The notes beneath the pieces are model-generated. The model worked only from the letters and a program-made list of their open reading frames with translations. It had not been told where the DNA came from and made no database searches. Made by a program: the position numbers and the translations under genes. This document shows, piece after piece, positions 1-13,510 of a DNA stretch of 64,000 bases (within the stretch, counting starts at the first letter, position 1; the number at the start of each line of letters is the position of its first letter). The DNA is from Felis catus (lineage: Eukaryota), in assembly GCF_018350175.1 (NCBI RefSeq), contig NC_058384.1:38006001-38070000 (forward strand). Reading direction: 5' to 3'.

Positions 1-98
1 ACTCAAGTGTAGTATCAGACAGAATGAAAGTTTTAACTTCCTTAAAAATGTGGAAAAAAATATAGCTGCCTGAAAATGGGAAGTGAAATGTAGGGAGG

Positions 99-539
99 TG
101 CAGTGGGCTGAATGGTGGCTTCTAAAATGATATGTCCATGTCATGTTTCCTGGAACCTCTGAACATTACCTTATATAGAAAAAGATGTGATTACGTTAAG
201 GATTCTGAGAGGGGAAGAATATACTAGATTATGTGAATGGGCCCTACATGCCATCACATGTATCCTTATAAGAGGGAGACAAAGAAAGTTAAGAGACAGA
301 ATAAAGGAGAATCTGACCATGGAGACAAAGACAGGACTGATGCACCACAGCTAAGGGACACTCAGAGCCACTAGAAAGCAAGACATGGATTCTCCAGTGG
401 AACTTTCAGAGGGAGTTCGGCTATGTTGATACTTTGATTTCAGAGTTCTAGCCTCCAAACTATGAGAGAACAATTTTCTGTTGTTTTAATGCACAAAGTT
501 TGTGCTAGTTTGTTACAGCAACCAGAGAAAACAAATATA
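99..539 (+). mobile_element. MaLR solo LTR (MLT1D-like)
   Basis: Starts tgcagtgggctgaatggtggc, contains cctggaacctctgaac..ttaccttata and actttgatttcaga..gcctccaaactatgagagaac, ends ttgttacagcaacc..gaaaacaaatata; typical MLT1 termini. Confidence 0.8.
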
Positions 540-885
540 GGTAGAGAAACTCGTACTTTGATACAAATCAGACCTAAATGTCAATGAAATCAAGAAAATA
601 AGATACACACATGTGTACACACATGTACACACCAAACAACATTGAAAGTGAGAAAGGTTCCATAATGATCGTTATGTAAAATATTTTAAATAAGATAATA
701 CTATGTATAAACTTTATTATTAATAGCTTTGAAAATTAGGAGGGAATAAGTAACTTCAATGAAACCTGTATATTCCCCAAGATTAACCAACAAGCCCTCA
801 GCTAATGTCAACTCAGCATTGAAAAGCTAAAAGCTTTTCCTCTGAGATCAGGAAAAAGACAAGGATGCCCATTCTCATCACTTTT

Positions 886-1013
886 NNNNNNNNNNNNNNN
901 NNNNNNNNNNNNNNNNNNNNNNNNNNNNNNNNNNNNNNNNNNNNNNNNNNNNNNNNNNNNNNNNNNNNNNNNNNNNNNNNNNNNNNNNNNNNNNNNNNNN
1001 NNNNNNNNNNNNN
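886..1013. other. N run, first of eight (886-1013, 1121-1259, 1681-1826, 2514-2645, 8190-8330, 16538-16665, 19781-19936, 28998-29157)
   Basis: Direct reading; lengths 128-160 bp. Confidence 0.98.
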
Positions 1014-2709
1014 CCCTAAATACTCCATCAAAAACTTTTAGAATAAACAAACAGCAAAGTTACCACACAAAAAATCAATACACAAAAATCTATTGCATTT
1101 CTATAGCCTAATAATGAATTNNNNNNNNNNNNNNNNNNNNNNNNNNNNNNNNNNNNNNNNNNNNNNNNNNNNNNNNNNNNNNNNNNNNNNNNNNNNNNNN
1201 NNNNNNNNNNNNNNNNNNNNNNNNNNNNNNNNNNNNNNNNNNNNNNNNNNNNNNNNNNNGATAGATGAAAAATATCCCATGCTCATGGACTGGAAGATTT
1301 AACATTGTTAAAATGTCCATACTACCAACCAAAGCAATATTGAATTTCATGCAATCTCTATCAAACTCCTAATGCCAATCTTCATGGAAATAAAACAAAC
1401 AATCCTAACATTTTTATGGAACCACAAAATATCCAAATAGCCAAAGCAATCTTGACAAAGAAAAACAGAGCTAGAGGCATTATGCTTCCTGCTTTCAAAC
1501 TGTATTACAAAACTATAACAATTAAAACAATATGATATTGGAATGAAAACAGAAATACATATCAATGAAACAGAATAGAAAGCCCAAAAATAAACCTACA
1601 AATATGTGGTCAATTAATTTATGACACAGAAGCCAATATACAAAGGGGAAAGACAATCTTTTTAATGAATGATGCTGGGANNNNNNNNNNNNNNNNNNNN
1701 NNNNNNNNNNNNNNNNNNNNNNNNNNNNNNNNNNNNNNNNNNNNNNNNNNNNNNNNNNNNNNNNNNNNNNNNNNNNNNNNNNNNNNNNNNNNNNNNNNNN
1801 NNNNNNNNNNNNNNNNNNNNNNNNNNCATAGGTCTTGACAATATTTTGAATCTGATAGCAAAAGCAAATGCAACAGAAGCAAAAATAAACATGTAGGATT
1901 ATATCAATAAAAGCTTCTACACAATAAAGGAAACTATCAACAAAATGAAAAGGCAGTGTACTGAATGGGAGAAGATATTTGGAAATCATATATTTGATAA
2001 GAAGCTACTATCCAAAATATATAAAGAGCACATACAATGCAATAACAAAAAATCCATTAAAAAATAGAGGATGTGAATAGACATTTTTCTAAAGAAAAAA
2101 TACAGATATCCAATGGGTACATGAAAAGATGCTCTACATCATTAACCATAAGGAAAATGCAAATCTAAACCACAATGAGATTATCACCTCACATTTGTTA
2201 GAATGACTATTACGAAAAAGACTAGAAATTTCTAAATAAGTACTGGCAAGGGAATGGAGAAAAGAGAACTCTTCAGTACTACTGCTAGAAATGTAAATTG
2301 GTACAGCCACTATACAAAGCACTATGAAGGTTTCTAAAAAAATTAAAAACAGAACTACCATATGCTCCAGCAATTCTACTGGGTATGTGTCCAAAGAAAA
2401 TTCAAACACTAACTTAAAAAGATATATGCAACCCCACGTTCATTGCAGCATTATTTACAATAGTCAAGCAATGGACACAACCGAAGTGTCCACCAATGGA
2501 TGAGTGGATAAANNNNNNNNNNNNNNNNNNNNNNNNNNNNNNNNNNNNNNNNNNNNNNNNNNNNNNNNNNNNNNNNNNNNNNNNNNNNNNNNNNNNNNNN
2601 NNNNNNNNNNNNNNNNNNNNNNNNNNNNNNNNNNNNNNNNNNNNNATACCATATAATCTATCTCATTTGTGGAATCTAAATAAATAAATAGATTTTAAAA
2701 ACTAATCTA

Positions 2710-2899
2710 GGGGAGCCTGGGTGGCTTAGTCAGTTGAACGTCCAACTCTTGATTTTGGCTCAAGTCATGATCCCAGGGTTGTGGGATCAAGTCCCATGTT
2801 GGGCTCCACGCTCAGGGTGGAGCCTGCTTAAGATTCTCTCTCCCTCTTTATCACTTTCACCTGCTCATGTTCTCTGTCTTTAAAATATAAATAAATACA

Positions 2900-2938
<39 letters not shown>

Positions 2939-2940
2939 AA
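2710..2940 (+). mobile_element. CanSINE (older SINEC subfamily) with (TAAA)n tail, inside the L1 3' UTR
   Basis: ggggagcctgggtggcttagtcagttgaacgtccaactcttgattttggctcaagtcatgat head, CT-rich tract, (TAAA)n tail. Confidence 0.92.
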
Positions 2941-3058
2941 ATTTTTAAAGCCAAGCTCAAATATACAATGAACTGAATGGTGGTTGCCAGAGGTGGGGGA
3001 TGGGGAAATGGGAAAAAATGGGAAAGCTATTTTGTTTTTCTTTGTCTAAATAAACTGA

Positions 3059-3088
3059 TCTGTCTCAAAAATAAAATAAACATTAAAA
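3059..3088 (+). mobile_element. Extremely 5'-truncated CanSINE tail
   Basis: tctgtctcaaaaataaaataaacattaaaa matches the SINEC 3' end and is flanked by aaactga (3052-3058 and 3089-3095). Confidence 0.55.
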
Positions 3089-3544
3089 AAACTGAATTTT
3101 TAAAAAGGCAAAAAAGTTAATGTACTTAAATATGTAGGATTATATGACCTAACATAAAGTCTGTAAAGAAAATCCATGTAATAAGATTTCATTTCATTTA
3201 TAATTAAATGTCAAATTAGAAAATGTGTAAAACACATATCTAAATTAATAGAAAAATATTCTGTAAAAATGTACCCCAAACTATAAAGTTTGTTTGTGCA
3301 GTGACACAGGGTGGCACAGCTAGGGTGAAATAATGGATGATTTCCAAGATTTTAACCAAATTTAATACTCCTTAAATGCTTTATGTAAATGCATTACTTT
3401 GTTGTTTGTGGGGAAAAAACACATAAAGATCATAGCTAAAACTAGATCAAGAAATATAAATTAAGGAGACAGATATCAACTTTCTAATTTTGACCTGAGC
3501 CTACCACTGGTGAGAGGACCCCTTTGACAAGATCACCTCTAATG

Positions 3545-3760
3545 ACATCAGCTACCATTTGTTAAGCACTAACACCAAACCAAGCACAAATATGCCTTAT
3601 ATTGGTTAATTCTCATAAAACACTACATAAATGGTTTAACCCTCACTTTACAGGTGAGAAAATTGAGTTTTAGAAAAGTTAGGTCAATTATTCAGGCTCA
3701 TACATACACCTTGTAAGTGGAAGAAAGGTATGAAAATCCAGACCTGCTGAAAACCTCTTT
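3545..3760 (-). mobile_element. MIR
   Basis: ctaccatttgttaagcact..ctcactttacaggtgagaaaattgag..agaaaagttagg is the reverse complement of the MIR core. Confidence 0.65.
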
Positions 3761-4102
3761 CCTTTTCATTGTGTTGTGTTGCAGAACATAATAATCACTT
3801 GCGGAGGGTATGTATGTGAAGCAGACTTCACTTCAGAAAATTTTGTTCTTTTCTTTAGCTTCAAAAACTTAGGGGACAATAGGTACTGGTACTGCTGCAA
3901 CATAAGCACTAACAAACGTACAGTTAAGGACAGAAGGGAAAATGGGTTAAGAATTTATATTTTGCTAAAGATCATGATGTATATCCCAACATTCAAGAAG
4001 TGAAACTCAAAAATTGTTTTATTTTTTTGTCTGACCATTTACTTATGATCCTGGGAGTACTTTTATAGTTTTATTAATACTAATACAAGAAAATGTCATG
4101 TC

Positions 4103-4332
4103 TGGGGCGCCTGGGTGGCTCAGTCAGTTAAGCGTCCGACTTCGGCTTAGGTCATGATCTCACAGGTCATGGTTTCCAGTCCCGCGTCGGGCTCTGTGCT
4201 GACAGCTCAGAGCCTGGAACCTGCTTCAGATTCTGTGTCTCCCTCTCTCTCTGCCCCTCCCCCCCCCCCCCCCCCCCCGCTCATGCTCTGTGTCTCTCTC
4301 TGTGTCAAAAATAAATAAACATTAAAAAAAAA
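4103..4332 (+). mobile_element. SINEC_Fc-type CanSINE with internal C20 run
   Basis: ggggcgcctgggtggctcagtcagttaagcgtccgacttcggc head; A tail; TSD gtcatgtct on both sides. Confidence 0.95.
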
Positions 4333-4447
4333 GTCATGTCTGACACATTACATATTCAAAAATGTCATTTACTGTTATTCTTATTATCATTGATTAAAAA
4401 GTAGCAAATATAGTAAGAATTAATTTTTTTAAGAATCTGGAAAAATA

Positions 4448-4884
4448 TGTTCTACCGTAAATCCAGAAACAGTAAGAAATAGAACCAGATCAATAAATAG
4501 AATTTACTAAGAGTTTATTGTGCATATAAGAACAGGTCACAAACTGGGAACTTTCAAACCCAAAACTGATACGAAGCTCAGAGGCTACAGGATGGCTTAT
4601 GAAGTGAAAACGAGGAGGTTATTTAGCCTTTACAATAACTGGTTATTACAATGGGGTTTTCAGACGGCAGGGGATTGCTTAAAAGTGATTATCTTATACC
4701 ATTTTGGGAAATGACTTAAGTTTTTTTTTTATGATTATCAGAGGCATTTGTGAGAACTAATCTAAGTTAAATTTTGCTTATGTTCATGAAATAAACTAGA
4801 TTTAGTTTTGCTTATGTGGCTTAAATGGTCTTGTCTGCTCAGGAATTCTCAAATCTGGTCTCCATTTTGTATGTAATTTTAACA
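4448..4884 (-). mobile_element. Solo ERV LTR (carnivore ERV1-type)
   Basis: Minus strand begins tgttaaaattacatacaaaatggagacc, has AATAAA (plus tttatt 4514-4519) and ends ..gaaca; flanks aaaata/aaacta resemble a TSD. Confidence 0.6.
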
Positions 4885-6556
4885 AAACTATTAGTTACCG
4901 TAAATATCAATTCAATATTATTTTTTATTTTACTTGATAACTATCCATAGTCAATCAGTCTATCCACAAAATTCTTGGAAATTATCACAATTAATAGATA
5001 ATCTTTTTTTAAAATTCTCTTAAAGATCGGCCAGTTACTGGATCACTAATTTGGTTTTCTTTCATACCTATGTGAACCTCAGTAATAAGCCATTTTCTGC
5101 TTATTTTCATTTCTTATATCTCAAGCCCTAAACCCACAGGAGGTAAATGAGTCTTAAGACTTTTGGTGCACAGTACGCATAAAGCTATGTGTGATTATTC
5201 CTGGATTTGCAAAAACCTCTGAATTCAGAGTCTCTAATCATCTTGAGTTTGAGATGATTTTCCTTAATACTAGAATTCTGCCTCTAATAAAAACATTTGT
5301 AAACATAGAATAGAAATTAGGGTAAAATTCTCCCTGATCACTTACCTAAGTATAGAAAACATATTATATGTACTTCTATTACTTAGGGAAGGTGTGCACT
5401 AGGACAGTTATCTCTATCTGATTCCTTTGGCCGGTGCTTACTGAGTGGTAAGTGCAGGACATTTAGGGATATTGAAATTTTAAAAAGTATTTTTTAAAAT
5501 AGCAAATCAATAATCACAAATTTCAAAATGTCACTAAAGAATCGAGTGCAACATATTATTGTTTAAAAGGTCACATTTGCAATTCCCCAGACACATCTAC
5601 ATTTTATTTTATTACAAATATTAGAATAAAGTGAAAAAGGATATTTTAGATTTGATTTATATTAGCAATGGTAGCTAACACTCTGCCAAGAACATAGAAC
5701 ACACTGAAAATACGGTTAATTTAAATTTTCAGTATAATTAGATCCTTTTGGGTCTCTTCAGAATTGCCTGCATGAGAAGTACTTAATGTTTTTGAAGGGG
5801 GTCAGGGAGGACTAACAATGTGCATTAGTAACTAAGAGTTACTGACAGAAGGAGTAGATGAGGTTTGTGTATAAGCATTTGTGGCTTAGTATTTTCAACT
5901 AAGCCAGGAAAGAAATCTCTTTGATTTAACCTCAAACAGAAGTTTTGATTTTTAATTATGATAATGATGTTATTTAAATTAGCTTCAAATATATTAACAC
6001 ATATGCACCCTGTAAAACTTCCAGGAACTATAGACACAAATGCTGATAACCTTTTCCATGATGTGAGATGCCTTTCTGCTTCTCATTCAAGGAGAATCTT
6101 CCACAGCAGAGTAATAGCCTGAGCAGATTGCTCAGTTGTGAGCACATTTCTAGAAACAGCCAAACATGGGTACATATTTCCTGGAGCAGATATGTATTCA
6201 TACACTGAATGAGTTTCAAAAATGCCAAGTTTTAGGCAGCAAAAGACATCACTTTGTATTCAGAAAAAGGGGAGGAAATTTAAAATAAAGGAGATTTAGG
6301 CACTAATGTAATGCAAAATTTGAACATGTGCAGACTTTGTTATAGACCGGGTCTGCACTTCATGGTATGTTTAATTAAAGAGAGGAAACTTTAAAGGCTG
6401 AGAAGTTAAAATTCCCTGAAAGTATAAATGTCTCTTTACTGCTTCTCTGACCCATGAATGGTTTTATATAAGAACATTAAACATTTTTAGGAGCACTTAC
6501 ACATTATTTACTTCTAGAAAGTTCCTAGATTCCAAGTTAATAACATCCCATCCATT

Positions 6557-6557
<1 letters not shown>

Positions 6558-6589
<32 letters not shown>

Positions 6590-6610
6590 ATAATTAACAT
6601 ATATATATAT
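6558..6610. repeat. (TA)n(TG)n compound microsatellite
   Basis: Direct reading. Confidence 0.9.
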
Positions 6611-6949
6611 ATTTTTTATTTAAAGAATTGGACCAAGGGCCAGCCTGTGGCTAAATCTAAATAATGTGACATATCAAAGAATCCATTCAATCCTGGTAAA
6701 GTTGTGTGACACAGTCAATTGCCCTAAGTAGGCTGCTGTTACCCCCAGTTGCTTCCCCCCACAAGGAGCTCCTCAGAGGAGTGAGGATATTGGCAAAAAC
6801 AAAACAAAACAAAACAAAAACAAAAAAAAACCTGTTTGGCAAGGTAAAAGGAAGTCAGAAATGAAGGAAACCATAAAGCAAATACGTTAACTCCTTGAGT
6901 CTTATCAACACCCAGGAAAGTTTATTCATTAATTCAAAGGATCTGTCAA

Positions 6950-7480
6950 GACCCTGCATTGCCTATGTTAGGAAGTTCCAGCTCCTTGGCATGGTATTCA
7001 AAGCACTTCAGCATTGTCATGTCAAGCTAACTGTACATACTTATTCCTCATCACTCCTCTCTTTAGACCCCCCCACTTCTCAACTTTTGGATGTGGTGGG
7101 ACGCAGTATGTCAGTTCACACACCTGTGAGATTTTTTTCCCATTCGCTGGCCTCTTCCTGAAATGTTGTTCCCACCCGGACATCTCTGCCACCTACTCTA
7201 CACTCTTATAAGCCAAGATCAAATTTTACCACTTGATGAAAGTTTCCTTGAAATTTAAGTAACATTAATCATTTAGTTTTTTTGTGTAGTATTTAATATA
7301 GCACTCGTTACCCTTTTCTATATTTATATTTTTTCTAGCCTTTTCTGTAGAGGGCAAGGATATTATATTAATCATCTTCGAATCCTTCAAATGTGGCCAA
7401 GTATTTATCAAAGTGCTCTGAAAGGTATCATTAAATTGCATATAAAAATAACACAAAATATGTTTGAAAAACATTCTATT
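6950..7480 (+). mobile_element. L2 3' region, heavily decayed
   Basis: cattgcct..agctccttggcatggtattcaaagcacttca and gagggcaaggatattatatta..tcttcgaatcc resemble the L2 3' end. Confidence 0.55.
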
Positions 7481-8949
7481 AAACAATGTTAAGCAGGTTT
7501 ATTTACTACAGGACTTTTTAGAATCCCTAACATGCTAACTTAAATTAGTCTATCCCTAGTGTACTTGGTAGCATAATATACTGAATATCACAGTTATGTG
7601 GTTATGGAATCCTATGTAGAAGATATTTTTCCCTATAGAACATATTTTTGTAGTCTTCTTAGCACATGGCAGATACTCCAATCATGTTTGTTAAATAAAT
7701 GAACAATTATTTTTACATATAAGCCATCTACTTTATCATAGAGTTCAGATTTCTCTATGGAAATAAAATGGCTCAGTGGTTAACCTATTCACTTAGAAAA
7801 TTACTATTTCTGCCTTTTCTGGGAAATGGGATATATGGCAAATCATATAACCTGTCTACATCCTTATTTCCCTATGTTTGAAGCAGGTAATAATCACCTT
7901 AATGCTGTTTGGGAATAGTTTAGAAGCACTCTACTCTGTTGAAGTACAACTCGTAGTGAAGACATATGATTATTGAGTGAAGCCATTATAAAAAAAATAA
8001 CAGCTTGCTTTGGTATGGATAAAAAGACCTGGTCTGTGTCATTTCGTCTGAGATATAGTCAGTATTTTTGGCCATAATGAATAAGCCTTTCATTTTGGTT
8101 TAGCGGTAGTTCTTATATAGAGCAAACCATTTCCTTGGGGGGAAAAAAAAAGTCTCCTTACCCTAAACTGTCTACCATAACTAATTCTTNNNNNNNNNNN
8201 NNNNNNNNNNNNNNNNNNNNNNNNNNNNNNNNNNNNNNNNNNNNNNNNNNNNNNNNNNNNNNNNNNNNNNNNNNNNNNNNNNNNNNNNNNNNNNNNNNNN
8301 NNNNNNNNNNNNNNNNNNNNNNNNNNNNNNCTATTTGTAGGAGCCGTCACCTTGCTATAGACAGACTTCTTTTGGTGGAAAAATCCTCTTAACCAATTGC
8401 CAACCAAGGGTCACTTAGAGCTATGCTGTGCTTAGTGTTTCTCCAGGCCCAGTTTTACATTACTTCTTGTCTCACTGTTGGTTTTTCTTAGACTTTTAAG
8501 CTAGCCATTAACCCTGTAATTAAAATGCCTTTTAAATAAGGAAAACCAAACCATCTTATTGAATCTTTTTGTATTTCTCACTCTACTACAAATTAAATGC
8601 ATATTTCTTTGTGTTGTTGTTTATAGAAATGTAATATTTTATTACTTCTTAAATGTATATTTCTAACTAGAAAGATTAAGCCAAGTATGACTATTTCACA
8701 CAAAGGCAGCTTGTTGACAAGAATACCTGACCTTGGGATATTTCAATTCCCCACCTGGAGGCTAAACTTCTAAGTTGTTGACCTGCTGTCATGACCTTTG
8801 TTCTCTGCATTTCCTGGCAAATGGTATCCGTGGGGAATAAATGTTGCAACAAAATAATATAACTTTATTATATTTGGTGAATGTGAGGGGAGGACATGTG
8901 AAACCAACATATTTCATCCATAGTTACTTAGCAAAAATTATTGGATTTG

Positions 8950-9080
8950 GGTTCATTGATTTATTCAATAACTATTTACTGAGGGCTTATCCTGTGCCTG
9001 GCACTACTGAAGGCACTCGGGATACAACAATGAACCAAACTGATCCAATCTCTTCTCTGAGGAAACTTATATCCTACTCT
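8950..9080 (-). mobile_element. L2 3' terminus
   Basis: ttcattgatttattcaataactatttactgagggcttatcctgtgcctggcact..ggatacaacaatgaac. Confidence 0.75.
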
Positions 9081-10641
9081 TTTAGCTCAGTAAAATATGC
9101 TTCCTCTTCTCTTCCTCCTCTAGACCTAAGTATCCCTATCCAACTTTTTGTTACTGTTCTCCCATAAAATTCTTCAATTTTCTGTTTGCTTTGAATAAAT
9201 TCAACTCTGGAATGAGAAAAATATTAATGCTAAATTCCATGCAAATGAGCAAAGACTCAGGTGATGACTTAATGGGGGGAAATAAAATGAGTTCACTTCA
9301 CTTACAATGGCTTAAAGTTAACCTGTATATATAGTAAACTCATATACCCGAGCATGATCACTAAAATAAATATAGCTTATACCCAGCCATCCAAATATTC
9401 CACAAAAGATGACCCTTTCTGACACTTTCATTCAAAACTATTTCCGATGCTTGCTTTAACTGATTACTCATGTATAAAAATACACAGGAAATTAGGAGTT
9501 CATACGGTATAATTTTGCCTCAGATAAATCCCTCTAGTATTGGCTCTGAACCTTGCTACCTCACAACAGAAACTGTGTTAAAGGAGATTTTAACAACTTG
9601 TAGATTTAGATTCGTAATTTTAGAGCTGGAAGAGACAGTAAGGATCCTTTATTTCCCATCTCAGTTATCTTTCCACACATGTCCAAGCTGTTTCATCTTT
9701 ATTCTGAACTGTTCTCTATCAACATAGAAAATAATGTCAATAAAACTAACAATTCTGACTCCTCTGTGAATCTCTGCAGCAGCCTATTATGATCAACCAC
9801 TGGATCACTTACATTAGATCAAACATATTTTTTATTTTTGAAAATATGTGGAAATCTAATTCCACAGAAAGATAATGAAGTTTATTTTCCCCACATCTGA
9901 CAGTGATTTCTTCAATCTACTAATTACATAAGCTGTTCAGTTATTTAGAATTATATCTTGAGATCAATCCAAAGCTTTCACTTTTTTTTCTTGTAAAGGA
10001 ATCTCTCCCTATCTTCCCAAACTCTTCTCTTTAACCCCCCTAGAGGGTCTAATTCGCCTTCTTTACAAGTATCTTCCCCACTAGTCTTCTCCAACCTCAA
10101 GGATGTCTGCCTAACCAATTACCCCCACTTCTCAACTACTTGACAGCGATAAATAAATGCTTTGATCTATCTGCCTTTGTATTTGCTAGGAAACTATCAC
10201 ACTTCCTTTAGAAAGTATAATTAAAGACTTGTTCCAGTCAAAATAAAAGATTCCATAACAGTTAGTGAAAGGAATGTAGGGGAATCCATAATTGGCTGGC
10301 TAGTAATGGAAGGAGTGAGTCTGGGTTGCATGTGTGTGTGTGTGCACGTGCGCGTGCATATGTAAACGTTAGCACCTTGCAAGTTGCTTAAACATTCTAT
10401 TACAGATGGATGGAAAGGTAAATGGCCTTTGGAGACCTATATATGTGCCACTTACCTCTGCACTGCAGAGGTAGACAACACTGCAGGCCTGCAATTTTCT
10501 AAGGCCGGCCTCTAAGTAAACAAAAGCAGCGGTGACAGAAGTGCCTAGATTTTGGATTGAAGATGTGCCAGAGGAAGAATGGATGGGAAGAGTGTCACGT
10601 GTTCATCACTCTTGTGTGATCAGTTCTTACTGTGGTACAGC

Positions 10642-11029
10642 TGTCTCAGGTTGGGTTCTCTGGAAGCAGATGCTGAGTTTGGGATGCACAGTGTTTATTA
10701 CAAACATATGTGACAAGAAGGTAGAAAACCAGGATCCGGCAGGGAGAGAAATCAAACTATTCTAACTACAATGTGGGCTCAACAAAGCCTCTTCCAAACC
10801 TACCCAGTGCACCCACCCTCTGTTGTAAGAATTGTGTGTTAGAATTTCCATGTTGGACTGGAATGGCTATGCCTTTATATTCATGGCCCTCTTACCCAGT
10901 CGCTAGATTCTGACAGCCCTGGGGAGGAAAAAAGCTAAAAAAAAATGGAGGCTGTGTGCTGGCAGCAACTGGGCAGCACAGTCCTTCTTTGAAGGGAAAT
11001 CTGAATGGTACATTTCTGTGTCTTCCACA
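10642..11029 (-). mobile_element. ERVL solo LTR (LTR16-like)
   Basis: Minus strand starts tgtggaagacacagaaatg..cccttcaaagaaggact and ends cagcatctgcttccagagaacccaacctgagaca; 5-bp flanks acagc/acatc. Confidence 0.75.
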
Positions 11030-12196
11030 ACATCTAAGAGAAACTGGGTCTAAATCTAGACTTACATGCAAATAATTTCAAATAAAGAATGTGTCTCCAA
11101 GCTTGTCTCCACAAGTGGATCCAGTGATCATTCCCTAATGAAGAACTCTTCTGCACAGCCAGTTAAACAGTATAAGTAACTGATTCAATGGCAGGATCCG
11201 AAGGACCATGATCTCTCCTGCACATCCTTAAAGCTTGCAGCTTCTACATATATCCAATAATTTTGCTGCAGGAGCACAATGGGCTGTCAACCTTAACCTA
11301 GAGTTCTCTTGACTCTTAAGTATGTCTAAGGGAAGCAGTCTTCCTATTTGTTTCTTATTCATTTATGCAATAACTCCCTTATTTATTTATTTTTTAAATA
11401 ATTCATTTGTTCACTCTTCTTTTTGCCTATTTCAAGAGTGCATCGGAAAAACCTGGAGATCAACCTCTTTATTTATAGATGCCAGAAATAAAAATTATGC
11501 AAATTTACCCAAGGTCTCAAAACTAATAACTATCTAAATTATTACCAGAAGGTTTTGTGTTTTGACTCTTAATCCATTGTTACCGGAACTAATTCCTTCC
11601 AGAGTCTAAAACACTACTAAACTAAAATACCTTAAATTGAAAATATAATCAAATTCACTCTATTCGACATTATCTTCAAAAAATTCCTTACCATACGCAG
11701 TTTAAATCAAAGCCATAATTTATCTTCATATCAAGTTATTTGCTGTAATAGAACAAATATACTTAAACATACACAGAGACTTATTCAATGTGTACAATAC
11801 AGCAGTTAAATGCATTATTAAATCAACCCTCTTAATTTACTATGAATATATCCAAACAAATATACTGAAGAGCATTATGTCATATTTTCAACCATCTTGA
11901 CTACTACCATAAATTGCCATGGCCAAAGTGCTTGACAATGACTTGGACAAACATAACAGTAACTGAATTGATTGTCTTGGCCACTTACCAGTCTATCTTT
12001 TTGGAACATCCAGCTCCCTGTAAATGTGGTCTATATACTTGATAGTTTAATTGCATCGGTTCGTTCTAGGAAGAAAGGTATGTTTGACCTTAGTTCTATT
12101 TATTCATATATCCTAAGTAAACTAAAAATATTAGTACTACTAATTTTTGTACTACTATTTTTGAACTTTCACTATATGCTAAAAGTTGCACCAGAT

Positions 12197-12212
12197 TATA
12201 TATATATGTGTG

Positions 12213-12264
<52 letters not shown>

Positions 12265-12285
12265 TATATATATACTTATATATAT
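12197..12285. repeat. (TA)n-rich compound microsatellite
   Basis: Direct reading. Confidence 0.9.
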
Positions 12286-13300
12286 AAGTAATAGTACATT
12301 TAATGTATATTTATATGTGCATATATAGTACATTGGGATCCTCACTCACATCTTGGAGATGATTAACTGAATTTGATATGATATTTTGCCTTAGGGAGCA
12401 CATCATCCAAAGTAGAGTTATTAAAGAAACTTATGTTCTTGGATATCCTGAGTACTCAGTTCATAGCCATATATGGCTTTTCCTGCCATAGAAAAGATAA
12501 AATATTTTTGAAATAATAAGTCAACTTGGGAAAATAGGTCTTATAAAAATAGTACTCCTCCATGACTATTTCTTTAAATGAAAAGTATTGCATTAACTTG
12601 CAAGCTAATTGTTAGAGTCATCTATAGCTTGATCCCAGGAATGTGACATAGCTTCGTGTGTGGACAGTGTAGGAATTACCTCTATTGATTTTATTTTTCA
12701 AACTTAAAATATTAAAATCTCATTGTACAGATAAGACATAAACAAATGAACATTTTGCTAAATAAATAGCAATAGCAATCAAAATAAGAATAAAGAAACT
12801 AGTGTTCAGATATGGGTGGGATGGACACGAGTGGCGAGCAGAGACAGTTCAAAGGAAAGGAATGAGTATAGAGTGAAAGAGAGAGAAATCATTGGAATAA
12901 ACTGGTCTCAAAATTTTAAGAAAAATTTGAAGGTGTGGATAAAATTTTGATAGGCAAAGAGGACAAGAAAGGTGGAATGAGGCCAGAATAAAGAGTCTTT
13001 TCAATATGAGGAGAACTTTTGACTTCACCCTCCCTAAACTAGGAGATATTAAATGAATCTAAGTCGGACTAAAATTATCAAAGTAATAGAGTAGGAAGTT
13101 TATTTTGGTAACAGTGTGAAGGATTGTCAAAATGGAAGAAACAGGAAATTTAAGTTAGAGTGGAAATACTAGACTGGGTATAAGAAATGATGGGGCCTCT
13201 CCAAAGTGAGTTCTGGGGCAAGGGTACAGGTTTGTGAGACCTACAGATAAAATTACTTCTCTAAATGTTAACCTTTTGAAATGCAAAGTACTATTGCCTT

Positions 13301-13510
13301 AGTGGTTCTCAAGCAAGGACAACTGGCAATATCTGGAAAAATTTGGGTTTGTCACATCTCAGAGGCCACTACTGGCATCTAGTGGGTAGAGGCCAGAGAT
13401 GCTGCTAAACATCCTATAATGCACAGTACAGCCCCCGCCGCCCCCACCTGCCCAACATCAAATTATTTTCTGGCCCAGAATGTCAAGAGTGTTGAGGTAG
13501 AGAAACCCTG
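13301..13510 (+). mobile_element. MER20 (hAT-Charlie non-autonomous DNA transposon)
   Basis: agtggttctcaa..ctactggcatctagtgggtagaggccagagatgctgctaaacatcctataatgcacag..gagaaaccctg. Confidence 0.88.

Larger units (their letters stand above)
790..3020 (+). mobile_element. 5'-truncated, decayed L1 (ORF2 RT/C-terminus plus 3' UTR; L1MA/L1_Carn-age), interrupted by a SINE and four N runs
   Basis: aaagcttttcctctgagatcaggaaaaagacaaggatgccc (KAFPLRSG.RQGCP), atcccatgctcatggactggaaga (IPCSW.GR), cacgttcattgcagcattatttacaatag, gtggttgccagaggtggggga in the 3' UTR; many stops and frameshifts. Confidence 0.92.

Noticed and set aside
808-2687. ORFs in the track spanning X runs
   Set aside because: They are open only because Ns hide stop codons; the underlying sequence is decayed L1.
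11972-12328. 118-aa hydrophobic ORF with YIYI repeats
   Set aside because: Translation of a (TA)n microsatellite and AT-rich flank.
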